Source: Aureliella sp. (GTDB lineage: Bacteria > Planctomycetota > Planctomycetia > Pirellulales > Pirellulaceae). From it: a DNA stretch of 64,000 nt. The notes beneath the pieces are model-generated. The model saw only the letters and a list, made by a program, of their open reading frames with translations, had not been told where the DNA came from and ran no database searches. Each line of letters opens with the position of its first letter. The first letter of the stretch is position 1. Positions 49,245 through 57,762 of this stretch are shown here, piece by piece. The stretch is taken from NCBI GenBank assembly GCA_963691875.1, contig OY829846.1:1760001-1824000 (forward strand). Reading direction: 5' to 3'. The translations under genes and the position numbers were made by a program.

Positions 49245-50999
49245 CTAGGTGTCGATGGTGTCTTCGTTGGTCAGAGGCTTTTCGTTCTCAGGCGTTTCCT
49301 GATCCTCCCGCCAAGGCTTGTCCTTTTTGTAGGACTCTAGCTCCTCCTTAAGCTGATCGACCTGAGGATTCGGTGGATTCTCTGCCTCACCAACTTCCAC
49401 GGCTTTTGCCGCCCACTTGCGGGCGTTTTCAAAGTCTCCGTTCTCCGCATAGCCTGCAGCCAAAGTACTGAGGATGTGGGCTTCTTTGTAGTCAGTCAGT
49501 TCACAAGCCTTCAATCCGTACTCGACTGATTTCTTGCCATCGCGGATCTCGTCTTTCGAGGAGGTGGCTAGGACCCAAGCTAGGTTGTTGAGTGCGCCAC
49601 TGTAGTCTCTGTCATCCACGGCACCTTCGCCAGCCGATTCTTCCATTACCTCGATCGCTTGCTCATAATCGGCGACCGCTTGTTTGTGTTCGCTGATGGC
49701 TAGTCGAGCATCGCCCCGCAAGCGAATCGCTTGGGTGTTCTTAGGGTCACGTTTCACCAACTCCGAAAGCAACGCGATTGCTTTGCGGGGCCGGTTGTCC
49801 ATTTGGTAGTAAGACGCAAGCTGCATAACCCAACCAGGATTGTTGGGCTGATTACGAACGAGCAACTCCATGTCAGAGATCGCATCGCCATAGCGTTCTT
49901 CACGTGCAGCAACGAGGCTTCGCATGACAACTCCACGCAGAGAATTGGGTTCGATCAACAGTGCATCGGAGATATCACGATTCGCCTTCTCGATCTCACC
50001 TTCATCAAAATAGATTTGCCCTCGCATAACCAAGGATTCGTGATCGCTGTCGTTAATCTCCAGAGCCTTGCTGAGGTCTTCAATTGCCTTGTCCGACTCT
50101 TCGGCCATGATGTAAGCCTGAGCGCGAATACGATAAAAAGTATTGTTGTCTGGCTTCTCTTCAATTCGCTCGGACATCAAGTCGATGATCTCTTTTGACT
50201 TTTCCAAGTTCATCAGGGCTTGGATGACTGCTTGCAGAGCAAAAGCGTTCTCGGAATCTTGATCAAGAAGCTTTTCAGCTCCCTCTAACATCTCGTCGAA
50301 TCGCCCACCTGCCTGAAGCACTGCGAGTTTTGCTTGCCATGCTTGGACGTTCTCCGAATTGGAATCTATGGCGGCGTCGAGATCTTCTAGCCGTTCTTTA
50401 TCGTTATCACGCAAGGTGGCGCGAAGTAGCAGAGCAGAGGACTTCATTTTGTCGTCCTCAAGCAGCTCAACCCCTTTGTTGATTTTCTCAAGTGCCTTTT
50501 TCCGATTTCCCGGTGGCGGAAGCATCTCAAGCTGAGCCCCCAGTACATAAGCTTCAGCGAGTTTGGCGTCGGCATTCGTTGCACGATTCAGGTCTTTGAG
50601 CACTTCGTCACGCAAGCCACGGAGTGCGCGCGGATTACTGATTACTCGCGGCATCCCTTGAAGCAGAATTTTTGCGCGCTGCAGCGCGGTTCCCGCAAGG
50701 ACTTTGTTTGCCAGCCGAGTATTTCCCTCATCAAGCCCAAGCTTGATCGCTTCCTCGCAGGCCTCGATCACTTTCGCAAGGTCCACAGGATTGCGAGCCG
50801 TGATTTTCAGATCGGTGGCTTCATCCAGTTTGGCTTGCCCTGGATTCGCATCCTCGCCTTCGTCCGACGTTGACTCAGAGCTATTGTCTGTAGCTGTTTC
50901 ATCAGCGAATTCAGACTCCTTTTCCTGAGCAAAAATGACGGGTGCTGGAAGGCAGAAAAGGGCTGCAAGAATTAACCAATATTGATTTCTAAGATTCAT
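49245..50999 (-). CDS. Secreted tetratricopeptide repeat protein
   Basis: Signal peptide, multiple TPRs, ALNNLAWVLAT...RDG...ACELT...LSTLAAGYAE.GDF. Confidence 0.92.
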   Translation of the reverse strand: MNLRNQYWLILAALFCLPAPVIFAQEKESEFADETATDNSSESTSDEGEDANPGQAKLDEATDLKITARNPVDLAKVIEACEEAIKLGLDEGNTRLANKVLAGTALQRAKILLQGMPRVISNPRALRGLRDEVLKDLNRATNADAKLAEAYVLGAQLEMLPPPGNRKKALEKINKGVELLEDDKMKSSALLLRATLRDNDKERLEDLDAAIDSNSENVQAWQAKLAVLQAGGRFDEMLEGAEKLLDQDSENAFALQAVIQALMNLEKSKEIIDLMSERIEEKPDNNTFYRIRAQAYIMAEESDKAIEDLSKALEINDSDHESLVMRGQIYFDEGEIEKANRDISDALLIEPNSLRGVVMRSLVAAREERYGDAISDMELLVRNQPNNPGWVMQLASYYQMDNRPRKAIALLSELVKRDPKNTQAIRLRGDARLAISEHKQAVADYEQAIEVMEESAGEGAVDDRDYSGALNNLAWVLATSSKDEIRDGKKSVEYGLKACELTDYKEAHILSTLAAGYAENGDFENARKWAAKAVEVGEAENPPNPQVDQLKEELESYKKDKPWREDQETPENEKPLTNEDTIDT

Positions 51000-51511
51000 T
51001 CGAATCTCTCCCTGGTGGCTTTTTGAAGATCGAGTCTCAAACTCGTTATCGCTTTTGATACGAATCGCGTCCGTCGCGAGGTGGGCTGCCGGTCAGGCAC
51101 TAGTACATCTTAGTGGATCATCAAATGGTCATCCTAGCGAACGGGCTCATTTGCGACCAATAGCGACTGTTTTTCAAACGAATTGCAGCGGAACACCGGG
51201 GTAGTGTGGTCCGGTTCACGGCCTCAGACCAAAATCCACTGAGAGCCAGGCAGAGCAACCGATCTGCGAAACCCGCACTCTAGCATCCCTCGCAAGCGGT
51301 ACGCCACACGGGAATTTGCCTGAATTGAGAAAGTGCGATCGCTCAGCTGTGCTTGGCGTCTCGAACGCAACCTTACAGAACCGTTACTCACGAAGACTGG
51401 GCATCTCTTCATCGGTTCAACGGAAGCTTTATCGTTTGATTGGTATCGCTCTTTTATGCTGCATTTCAGACGATGGAATTCATTTGGCGGGCCGGAAATC
51501 ACCTGAGCACT

Positions 51512-53620
51512 TTACTGCGTCGGGGCCTGCTCGGCTAGAGCTTGACGCCATGTCCATCGGTAGAGATTCCGAGTGTCCACGTAGCGGGCATCCGAATTGG
51601 CCGCCCCGAGCACGACCACGATCCGTTTGTTGCTAGCATTGCTGCCAGCTGAGATAAGACAGGCGCCAGCGGCAGAAGTCGTCCCGGTCTTGACGCCGTA
51701 GAATCCTTCCTGCGTTAACATTAGGTTCGTATTTTTCCACAACACGTTTCTCTTGAATCCGTCTACACTCTGCAACTGACAACCTCGTTGCTGAGTCCTT
51801 ACGTACTCCGCTAACCGCTGGTTCTTAAGTGCATGGTGGGCCAACTTTGCTAAATCCGATGCGGAGCAGAGATGTTCGGGATGCGTCAGGCCATGCGTGT
51901 TCTCGAAGTGGCTGTTGTACATCCCAAGCTCCTTCGCACGACGATTCATAGCAGCAATGAATAGCTCGTAGGACGTCGCAGCGTTCCTGGTATATTCCTT
52001 CTCAGGATCCAACTTCGCCAGTCGAAAACCGAAGTGCTCAGCAAGCGCTACTGAAGCGTCATTGCCAGATGGAAGAAGCAGGCCGTAGAGCAACTCCGAT
52101 ACAGGCAACTGTTCTCCCGCGCGAACGCCTGATGTTGAACCAAGTGTTTCGTCCGCTCTTTTCGAAAAGGTAACGATCTCGCTCAGAACAGCAGGGTCCG
52201 CCTCCGCAATTTCAAAGACGAGCAAGGCGGTCATCAACTTAGTCGTGCTGGCGATGTGCCGCGCCTGTTCGCTGTTCTTGCCAGCGATCTTTTCGCCACT
52301 ATCGCCGTCGATGATCACCCAAGCTTTGGCCGTTGTCTCTGGGGCAGCGGCCAAATCAAGCGATGGCCTTCGATCGACGCGACGCTGCTTTTCCAAAGAG
52401 TTGATTTCTTTCGGATCTGGAACAGGGGCATCTCGAGTGATCAGCGTTCCAAGAGCCGCCCAAGTGTCTGAGCCAACTTGGCCTGTCGCCTCGAGTTTCT
52501 TTGCCTTTTGAAATGCGGAAACGGCGGCGGCTGTCGCTGGACCAAAATCTCCGTCTACTGAAAGCCCAGCATCGATTCGATGATTCAAAGTGCGCTGTAA
52601 GGCTTCCACCAAGAATCCATGATCTCCCTGCCCCAGCACTTGACGAGTGCGTCCGTCTTCCTTTTTCGCCGTGTTCTTTTCGATAAATCGAAAGCACTCG
52701 CGAGCCAGGTTGGCGATGAGAGTCTCGGCACGGTTCTCTTTCGTCCAACTCAAGTCCTCGTTGTCGGTCGTGAGCACCGATAGGATTAACGCATGCTTGC
52801 CGATCTGCACTATGCCGGCATCAGTGCGCGAGCGGTTAACTGCTCCCGTCTTGTGGTAACACTTGGCTCCGCGAGGCAAGTAACGAGCGATCTTCTGGTC
52901 GTCATCGCAGGTCGCCAAATGCCCCAACATCGCCTCGCAGGATTCCTTCGACGCTAGCTCCCCTTTCAGCAATCGCTCATAAAGCCCGACCATTTCCGCA
53001 GCGGTGGTACTACCAAGGCCATATCTCTGACTGCGGGCAGGATCGATCGACGTATCGCGACGGTAGACTTTCGAATGAAGTTGGGTTTCCGCGCAATCAA
53101 GACTCTTCATCCGTTGGCTGGTGCTAGGAAGGCCGATCAAGTCGACAACGAGGTTGGTTGCGGTATTGTCCGAGTATCGAATCATGAGTCGGATGGCATC
53201 TCGCAACGAAATGGAGGCACCATCCGAAAAGTGCTCGGTTAGTATGCCAGAGCCGGGAACTTTGTCGGCTGCCTTTAGCTCGATCATCTGCGACAGATCG
53301 ACCTTGCCTTGTTCGGATTGGAGATAGGCATCGATCATTACAGGAAACTTGATCAAACTCGCTGTCGGCATCACACTTTTCTCATCACGGCCAAAGCGGC
53401 ATAGAGTGTGTCCCTGGTCGTCGACGATCGCACACGCGAAGGCCACTGTGCCCGCATGAGCATCCGCGGCGGCGTTCATTCGTGCGGCAAGCTTCTTGGC
53501 GTCCCAGTCTTTCTGGTTGTTGCTTTCGCTTTGGGCCTGCAAACTGCCTTCGAGAAACAAAAGGGTCGAGAGTAAGAACGCAACGAGACACGCGGTTCTT
53601 CGAAGTACAAGAGATGGCAT
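51512..53620 (-). CDS. Class A beta-lactamase-like domain + peptidoglycan-binding domain + D-Ala-D-Ala carboxypeptidase (S11) fusion
   Basis: Domain 1: SLIK/SDN/KTG. PG-binding: LQRTL..DGDFGPAT..AV..FQ...G.VG.DTW..L. Domain 3: STTK/SGN/KTG. Confidence 0.9.
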   Translation of the reverse strand: MPSLVLRRTACLVAFLLSTLLFLEGSLQAQSESNNQKDWDAKKLAARMNAAADAHAGTVAFACAIVDDQGHTLCRFGRDEKSVMPTASLIKFPVMIDAYLQSEQGKVDLSQMIELKAADKVPGSGILTEHFSDGASISLRDAIRLMIRYSDNTATNLVVDLIGLPSTSQRMKSLDCAETQLHSKVYRRDTSIDPARSQRYGLGSTTAAEMVGLYERLLKGELASKESCEAMLGHLATCDDDQKIARYLPRGAKCYHKTGAVNRSRTDAGIVQIGKHALILSVLTTDNEDLSWTKENRAETLIANLARECFRFIEKNTAKKEDGRTRQVLGQGDHGFLVEALQRTLNHRIDAGLSVDGDFGPATAAAVSAFQKAKKLEATGQVGSDTWAALGTLITRDAPVPDPKEINSLEKQRRVDRRPSLDLAAAPETTAKAWVIIDGDSGEKIAGKNSEQARHIASTTKLMTALLVFEIAEADPAVLSEIVTFSKRADETLGSTSGVRAGEQLPVSELLYGLLLPSGNDASVALAEHFGFRLAKLDPEKEYTRNAATSYELFIAAMNRRAKELGMYNSHFENTHGLTHPEHLCSASDLAKLAHHALKNQRLAEYVRTQQRGCQLQSVDGFKRNVLWKNTNLMLTQEGFYGVKTGTTSAAGACLISAGSNASNKRIVVVLGAANSDARYVDTRNLYRWTWRQALAEQAPTQ

Positions 53621-53664
53621 CGATAACTCCGTGGGAGATAGCTCCAGCAGCTGGGTTGAGCGAT

Positions 53665-53680
53665 GGTTTCATGTGAAACA
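53665..53680. other. parS-like site 1
   Basis: GGTTTCATGTGAAACA, 2 mismatches to the consensus TGTTTCACGTGAAACA. Confidence 0.7.
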
Positions 53681-53783
53681 CTATGCATTAGCGTAACCCG
53701 AATCGTCGCACTGTGTATCCGGGTCGCGAGAAGTGCGCCGCGAAGATTTTTCGATCACTCCCGTAAAGAGGCCAAGCGTTTCA

Positions 53784-53799
53784 TGTTTCGCGTGAAACA
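53784..53799. other. parS-like site 2
   Basis: TGTTTCGCGTGAAACA, 1 mismatch to the consensus; preceded by an overlapping half-site CGTTTCAT. Confidence 0.78.
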
Positions 53800-53995
53800 A
53801 TGAGGGCAAGGCAAGCTCTTGCGCCGCTTGGGCAAGCGATCGCCGACAGCTGAGCGTTAAACGAAGAATTCCGCGTTAGGGAGCGGCCTGTAGAGATCTG
53901 TGCTTCAGCTGCGATATCATCGCTTTGCTTTTTCCGGCATGCGAAACTTCCTGCTCACAGCCAATCGCCAATTGCTAAAAGTGAAAAGCTACCAA

Positions 53996-55324
53996 CTAAC
54001 TTGCATCCAACGGATTCACCACTAAACCACTGAGCAATTTGGGATAAAAGTAAGTGCTTTTGGCTGGCATTCTTTCCTCATGAAGACTCACCTTTCGAAT
54101 GTCCTCAACAGTAGCTGGCATGACGAGGGCAGCGAGCTGGTATTCCTGATCGCCTTCCAACTTGCCTTGCAGACCACCGACGACTTCTTCAACTAGGTGG
54201 ACATAATTCGGCTTTGGATGGCCTTTCATTCCGAGCAGTTCGTCAATAATCAGGCCGTGCAGCATCGCGACCCCGAGGTTGCGCCAATCATCACTTTGAT
54301 CACTTGCGATTTCTTCCATCTTCGCGGCCGTGTTGGAGTTGGCCATTACCAACGTCCACTTTTGGTCCTTGGACGTAAACAATCCGAATGCACCTTGGTC
54401 GTCCAATTCTTCGATCTGTTTCCAGACCTCATGCGCCGCTTCAGGTCCATCGCCAGCATTCTCGCAATCGAAGGCATCGCCTAATTGGGACCGAAGTTCG
54501 TCAGAGTCGAGTTCTTGCACGCCATTTAGAAGTCGGTGTGTGGGTAAAACGATTAACCCCGGATCATCCATGCTCATGACCATCGTTAGGACAAAGTTGG
54601 CGGGATGATCGCTAGGCAACGAACCACCATTTTGTTCCGCCAGCTCATCGCGATAGTTGCATGCAGTTTCGTAGCGATGGTGACCGTCAGCTACGAACAT
54701 GGGTTTGTCCTCCACCAAGGAAGCGACTTTGCTAATCAAGTCTTGGTCTGTCACTGGCCAAAGACGATGCGTTACGCCCAGGTGATCCTCGGCTTCGAGA
54801 GCTGCGGTTCCGACAACATGCTCTTCGAGAAGATTCTGTGCTTCGTTACTGGGATCAGGATACAAACCATAAATCTGACTCATGTTGGCTTGACATGCAC
54901 GAGTCAAACGTAAGCGATCATCTTTCGCCTTCGAGTGAGTTTTTTCATGCGGATAGATGTTGCCTTCGCCGAAACGCACAAGTTCGACTCGAGTCATGAA
55001 TCCGCGTCGAGTGTAAGTCTCGCCTAGATAATTGAAGACTTGATGGTAGACGTAGACTGCAGGATCCGGTTCGTGCTGCAGGACTCCATCGCGAATCCAC
55101 TGCCTAAACAAAGTCGCAGCGTGATCGTATACTGCGTTCCCATCTCCCTCTTCGTCTTCTCGTTTCGTCAGTTCAAGTCGGATGAAGTTGAAAGGGCTGT
55201 TGTCATAGAGCTGCTGCTGCAGAGTTCCATCAACGACGTCATAAGGCGGAGCGATGACGTCGCTTAGCGAGCCAACCTGCGCCAAGTTGTAGCGAAGTCC
55301 ACGAAAAGCTCGAATGCGCGGCAT
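53996..55324 (-). CDS. DUF1015 family protein (ParB/Srx-like fold)
   Basis: PPYDV, IYPHEKT, ADGHHRYETA, MPAKSTYFYPKLLSGL. Confidence 0.92.
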   Translation of the reverse strand: MPRIRAFRGLRYNLAQVGSLSDVIAPPYDVVDGTLQQQLYDNSPFNFIRLELTKREDEEGDGNAVYDHAATLFRQWIRDGVLQHEPDPAVYVYHQVFNYLGETYTRRGFMTRVELVRFGEGNIYPHEKTHSKAKDDRLRLTRACQANMSQIYGLYPDPSNEAQNLLEEHVVGTAALEAEDHLGVTHRLWPVTDQDLISKVASLVEDKPMFVADGHHRYETACNYRDELAEQNGGSLPSDHPANFVLTMVMSMDDPGLIVLPTHRLLNGVQELDSDELRSQLGDAFDCENAGDGPEAAHEVWKQIEELDDQGAFGLFTSKDQKWTLVMANSNTAAKMEEIASDQSDDWRNLGVAMLHGLIIDELLGMKGHPKPNYVHLVEEVVGGLQGKLEGDQEYQLAALVMPATVEDIRKVSLHEERMPAKSTYFYPKLLSGLVVNPLDAS

Positions 55325-55579
55325 GGTTGAATCCTTGGGGAAAAGATGAATCGCGGTTGCTAGGTAGCTCTAAGTTTTAGCCAGAAACCCCAGTTTCGTC
55401 AGCGGGCATCCTAGTCACCAGGACTAATCAAAATTTCAACCCACGCAGTCCGCGATGGTTATTCTTTACTCTCCTTTTCCGAGCAGGCCGGAGAGAGCTT
55501 CTTACTTAGTTCCGATTCTGATTAGCCCTGGGAGGGTGCCCCACCGCCAAAAATCATGACGACTTACGCTACCCCTGAT

Positions 55580-56275
55580 TCACCATTTGCGGGCGAAGCC
55601 ATGGTTCGCTGCCAAGCCAAATTGCTGCATCAGTATTTCTGATTTAACGCCTGGCTCCAGCTCAACACCGCTGGCCGTGTCGACGCCATCGCAACAGGTT
55701 TCCAAGATGCCGTCGTAGACCGTGTTGGGGTTGAGTCCCCCCGCCAAGATCAAGGGGAACTCAGAGAAGATCTCCGGCCGCGGTTGCAATAGATCCCATC
55801 TAGCTTGCTTGCCAGTTCCACCACCTTCGATAGGTGCGTAGGCATCCACCAAGAACGCTCGAAACTGCTCGCGACTTCCCGCATTGATTTGCATATAAGT
55901 GCACCAAGCCTCAGCCAGTTTCAATTCTTCATCTCGCCCCGACCAAGAGAGGGCCTTGATGACTCCACAGTCTCCACAGTCGCTCAGCCTCTCGGGGCGT
56001 TCACTTCCATGTAGTTGGATTGCATCCGGTCGAAGCTCTTCCGCAACAGTCTTCAGTAGAGCGTCCTCTGGATTGCGCAAAACCACCACAGAGTAAAGAT
56101 CCAGTTCAGCGGCCTTAAGACAGAATTCCTTTGCTGCATCGATTTCAATGCAGCGTGGACTCGTCGAAACCAAGTTGATCCCCACCGAATTTACACTACA
56201 TTGCTCCAGGGAAACCAAATCTTCCTCGCGCGTGACACCGCAAACTTTCACGAAGGGTATTTCAAAGCTAGCCAT
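55580..56275 (-). CDS. trpF: Phosphoribosylanthranilate isomerase
   Basis: VKVCGVT, SPR, IQLHGSE, GGTG, ILAGGL.P, GVDTASGVE..PG.K. Confidence 0.93.
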   Translation of the reverse strand: MASFEIPFVKVCGVTREEDLVSLEQCSVNSVGINLVSTSPRCIEIDAAKEFCLKAAELDLYSVVVLRNPEDALLKTVAEELRPDAIQLHGSERPERLSDCGDCGVIKALSWSGRDEELKLAEAWCTYMQINAGSREQFRAFLVDAYAPIEGGGTGKQARWDLLQPRPEIFSEFPLILAGGLNPNTVYDGILETCCDGVDTASGVELEPGVKSEILMQQFGLAANHGFARKW

Positions 56276-56542
56276 TGAGTTCAGTCATCCAAGACGGGAG
56301 TGTTGATGCGCGGAGCCTCAGATTCTGCACCATTTTGTCGTCATCACGTCGCCGCACTGCGTCTTCGCAATCGCAATGATTTCAAGTCCAAGAGCGATAG
56401 CCCCACGAGCCTATCGAGTTGCAGCCAATGTACGCTGCATTGATGGGTTGCCGTTAAGGTTTAACGGATATCAGGACGATAACGACTAAGCACAGTCTTG
56501 TTCTAATGCTATTAAACGACCTGGATTTCGAAAGGGGGCGCG

Positions 56543-57733
56543 GTGTCCAGTCCAAAGCCGATTTCAAATCAAGGACGATCATCGCGAACTCTGCTCGCCA
56601 AATCGATTTGGTGTGGCACAGTATGCGGGTTGGCGGTCATGGTCTTGAGTCTCAACATCCTGCCACCGAGCCAAGTTGATTATGAAGTCGAGTCCGAGGT
56701 GATCTTAGCAGCCCCCCAGATCGGGACGCTCGAAAGGGCTCAGCACCACGGACAAGTTGACTGCGGACAAGGAATTCGAGTCGAACTCACATCCTTTGAA
56801 GCGAAAGAGGTGGATCCAAGCATCGATTTTCTTCTCGCCTCGGAATCGGCTGGCTCGGTAAGATTCTCCTTGCTGAGCGATTCCCAAGCGACCGAACCAG
56901 AACAATATCGATTTACCATCCGCAGCATTTGGAAGGCACGATGTACTGCGGAAGCACACGAAGTTTGGGTTCGAGAATTGGCAGAGCCTGATCCAGGTCT
57001 GCTGCGTGAAACAAAAGTCGCACGGAGCCAACGTTTTGCCCGCTGGGAAGTCCAGGCCGCAGAACACTATCTGAAACGCCAAAACTATCTTCATTCCAAC
57101 AAACAAGATCCTGCAAGCGACCGCAATCGAGCCCAAGCAACTTTGGCCTCCTTTCGAAGCTCGGAAAGCATCGATCCATCTGTGAGGGCAGCTCAAGCAG
57201 ACTTGCTGAAAGAACTGAGTGCCAAGCGTGCGAATCAATCTCAAGCGGAACAGTTGCTCGAGGATGAAGTCTTCGAAGCCAAAGCCCGGTATCAGATCGT
57301 TGGCGAACCGAACATTCGGCTTCGTTACAGTTACGTCCCACTCCTGCTGCTTATGAGTAATTTTGCCTTGGGCATCTTCTCGGGCACCTCAGCCGGGTTG
57401 ATTCACTCACGATCCCAGAGCGGCATCTCGTTTACTCCCTCAGCAATTGCCGATCAATTGGCAATGCATGGCCTGCCCATCGCGGGCAAACTGACTGTCA
57501 CGGATGTGACCAGCTCACATTCCCTATCGCAAAGGCTAGGGCAAAGGTTAAGCAGGCTGCGGGTTAAGCTGCAACGGTTTATTACTAACACTCTCATTCG
57601 TTTCGGCGAATGGGCAATTGCCTTTTGGGTCCTTTTGCTCGCATTGCGATGCTCGACCGATTCCTTGTGGCGACAGTTCTTTATTGAACAGCCACTGATT
57701 GCCATCGCCAATCTACTTATTGGCCTGCCCTAA
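56543..57733 (+). CDS. Hypothetical membrane protein with TM segments flanking a coiled-coil-rich region
   Basis: 396-aa ORF with hydrophobic segments at the N-terminus, near residue 270 and at the C-terminus. Confidence 0.75.
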   Translation: MSSPKPISNQGRSSRTLLAKSIWCGTVCGLAVMVLSLNILPPSQVDYEVESEVILAAPQIGTLERAQHHGQVDCGQGIRVELTSFEAKEVDPSIDFLLASESAGSVRFSLLSDSQATEPEQYRFTIRSIWKARCTAEAHEVWVRELAEPDPGLLRETKVARSQRFARWEVQAAEHYLKRQNYLHSNKQDPASDRNRAQATLASFRSSESIDPSVRAAQADLLKELSAKRANQSQAEQLLEDEVFEAKARYQIVGEPNIRLRYSYVPLLLLMSNFALGIFSGTSAGLIHSRSQSGISFTPSAIADQLAMHGLPIAGKLTVTDVTSSHSLSQRLGQRLSRLRVKLQRFITNTLIRFGEWAIAFWVLLLALRCSTDSLWRQFFIEQPLIAIANLLIGLP

Positions 57734-57762
57734 CAACGATTTTACCAGTCTTGGAAAAAACT

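Noticed and set aside
51224..51502. 92-aa ORF between the TPR and serine-hydrolase genes
   Set aside because: Composition is not protein-like; likely the TPR gene's upstream region.
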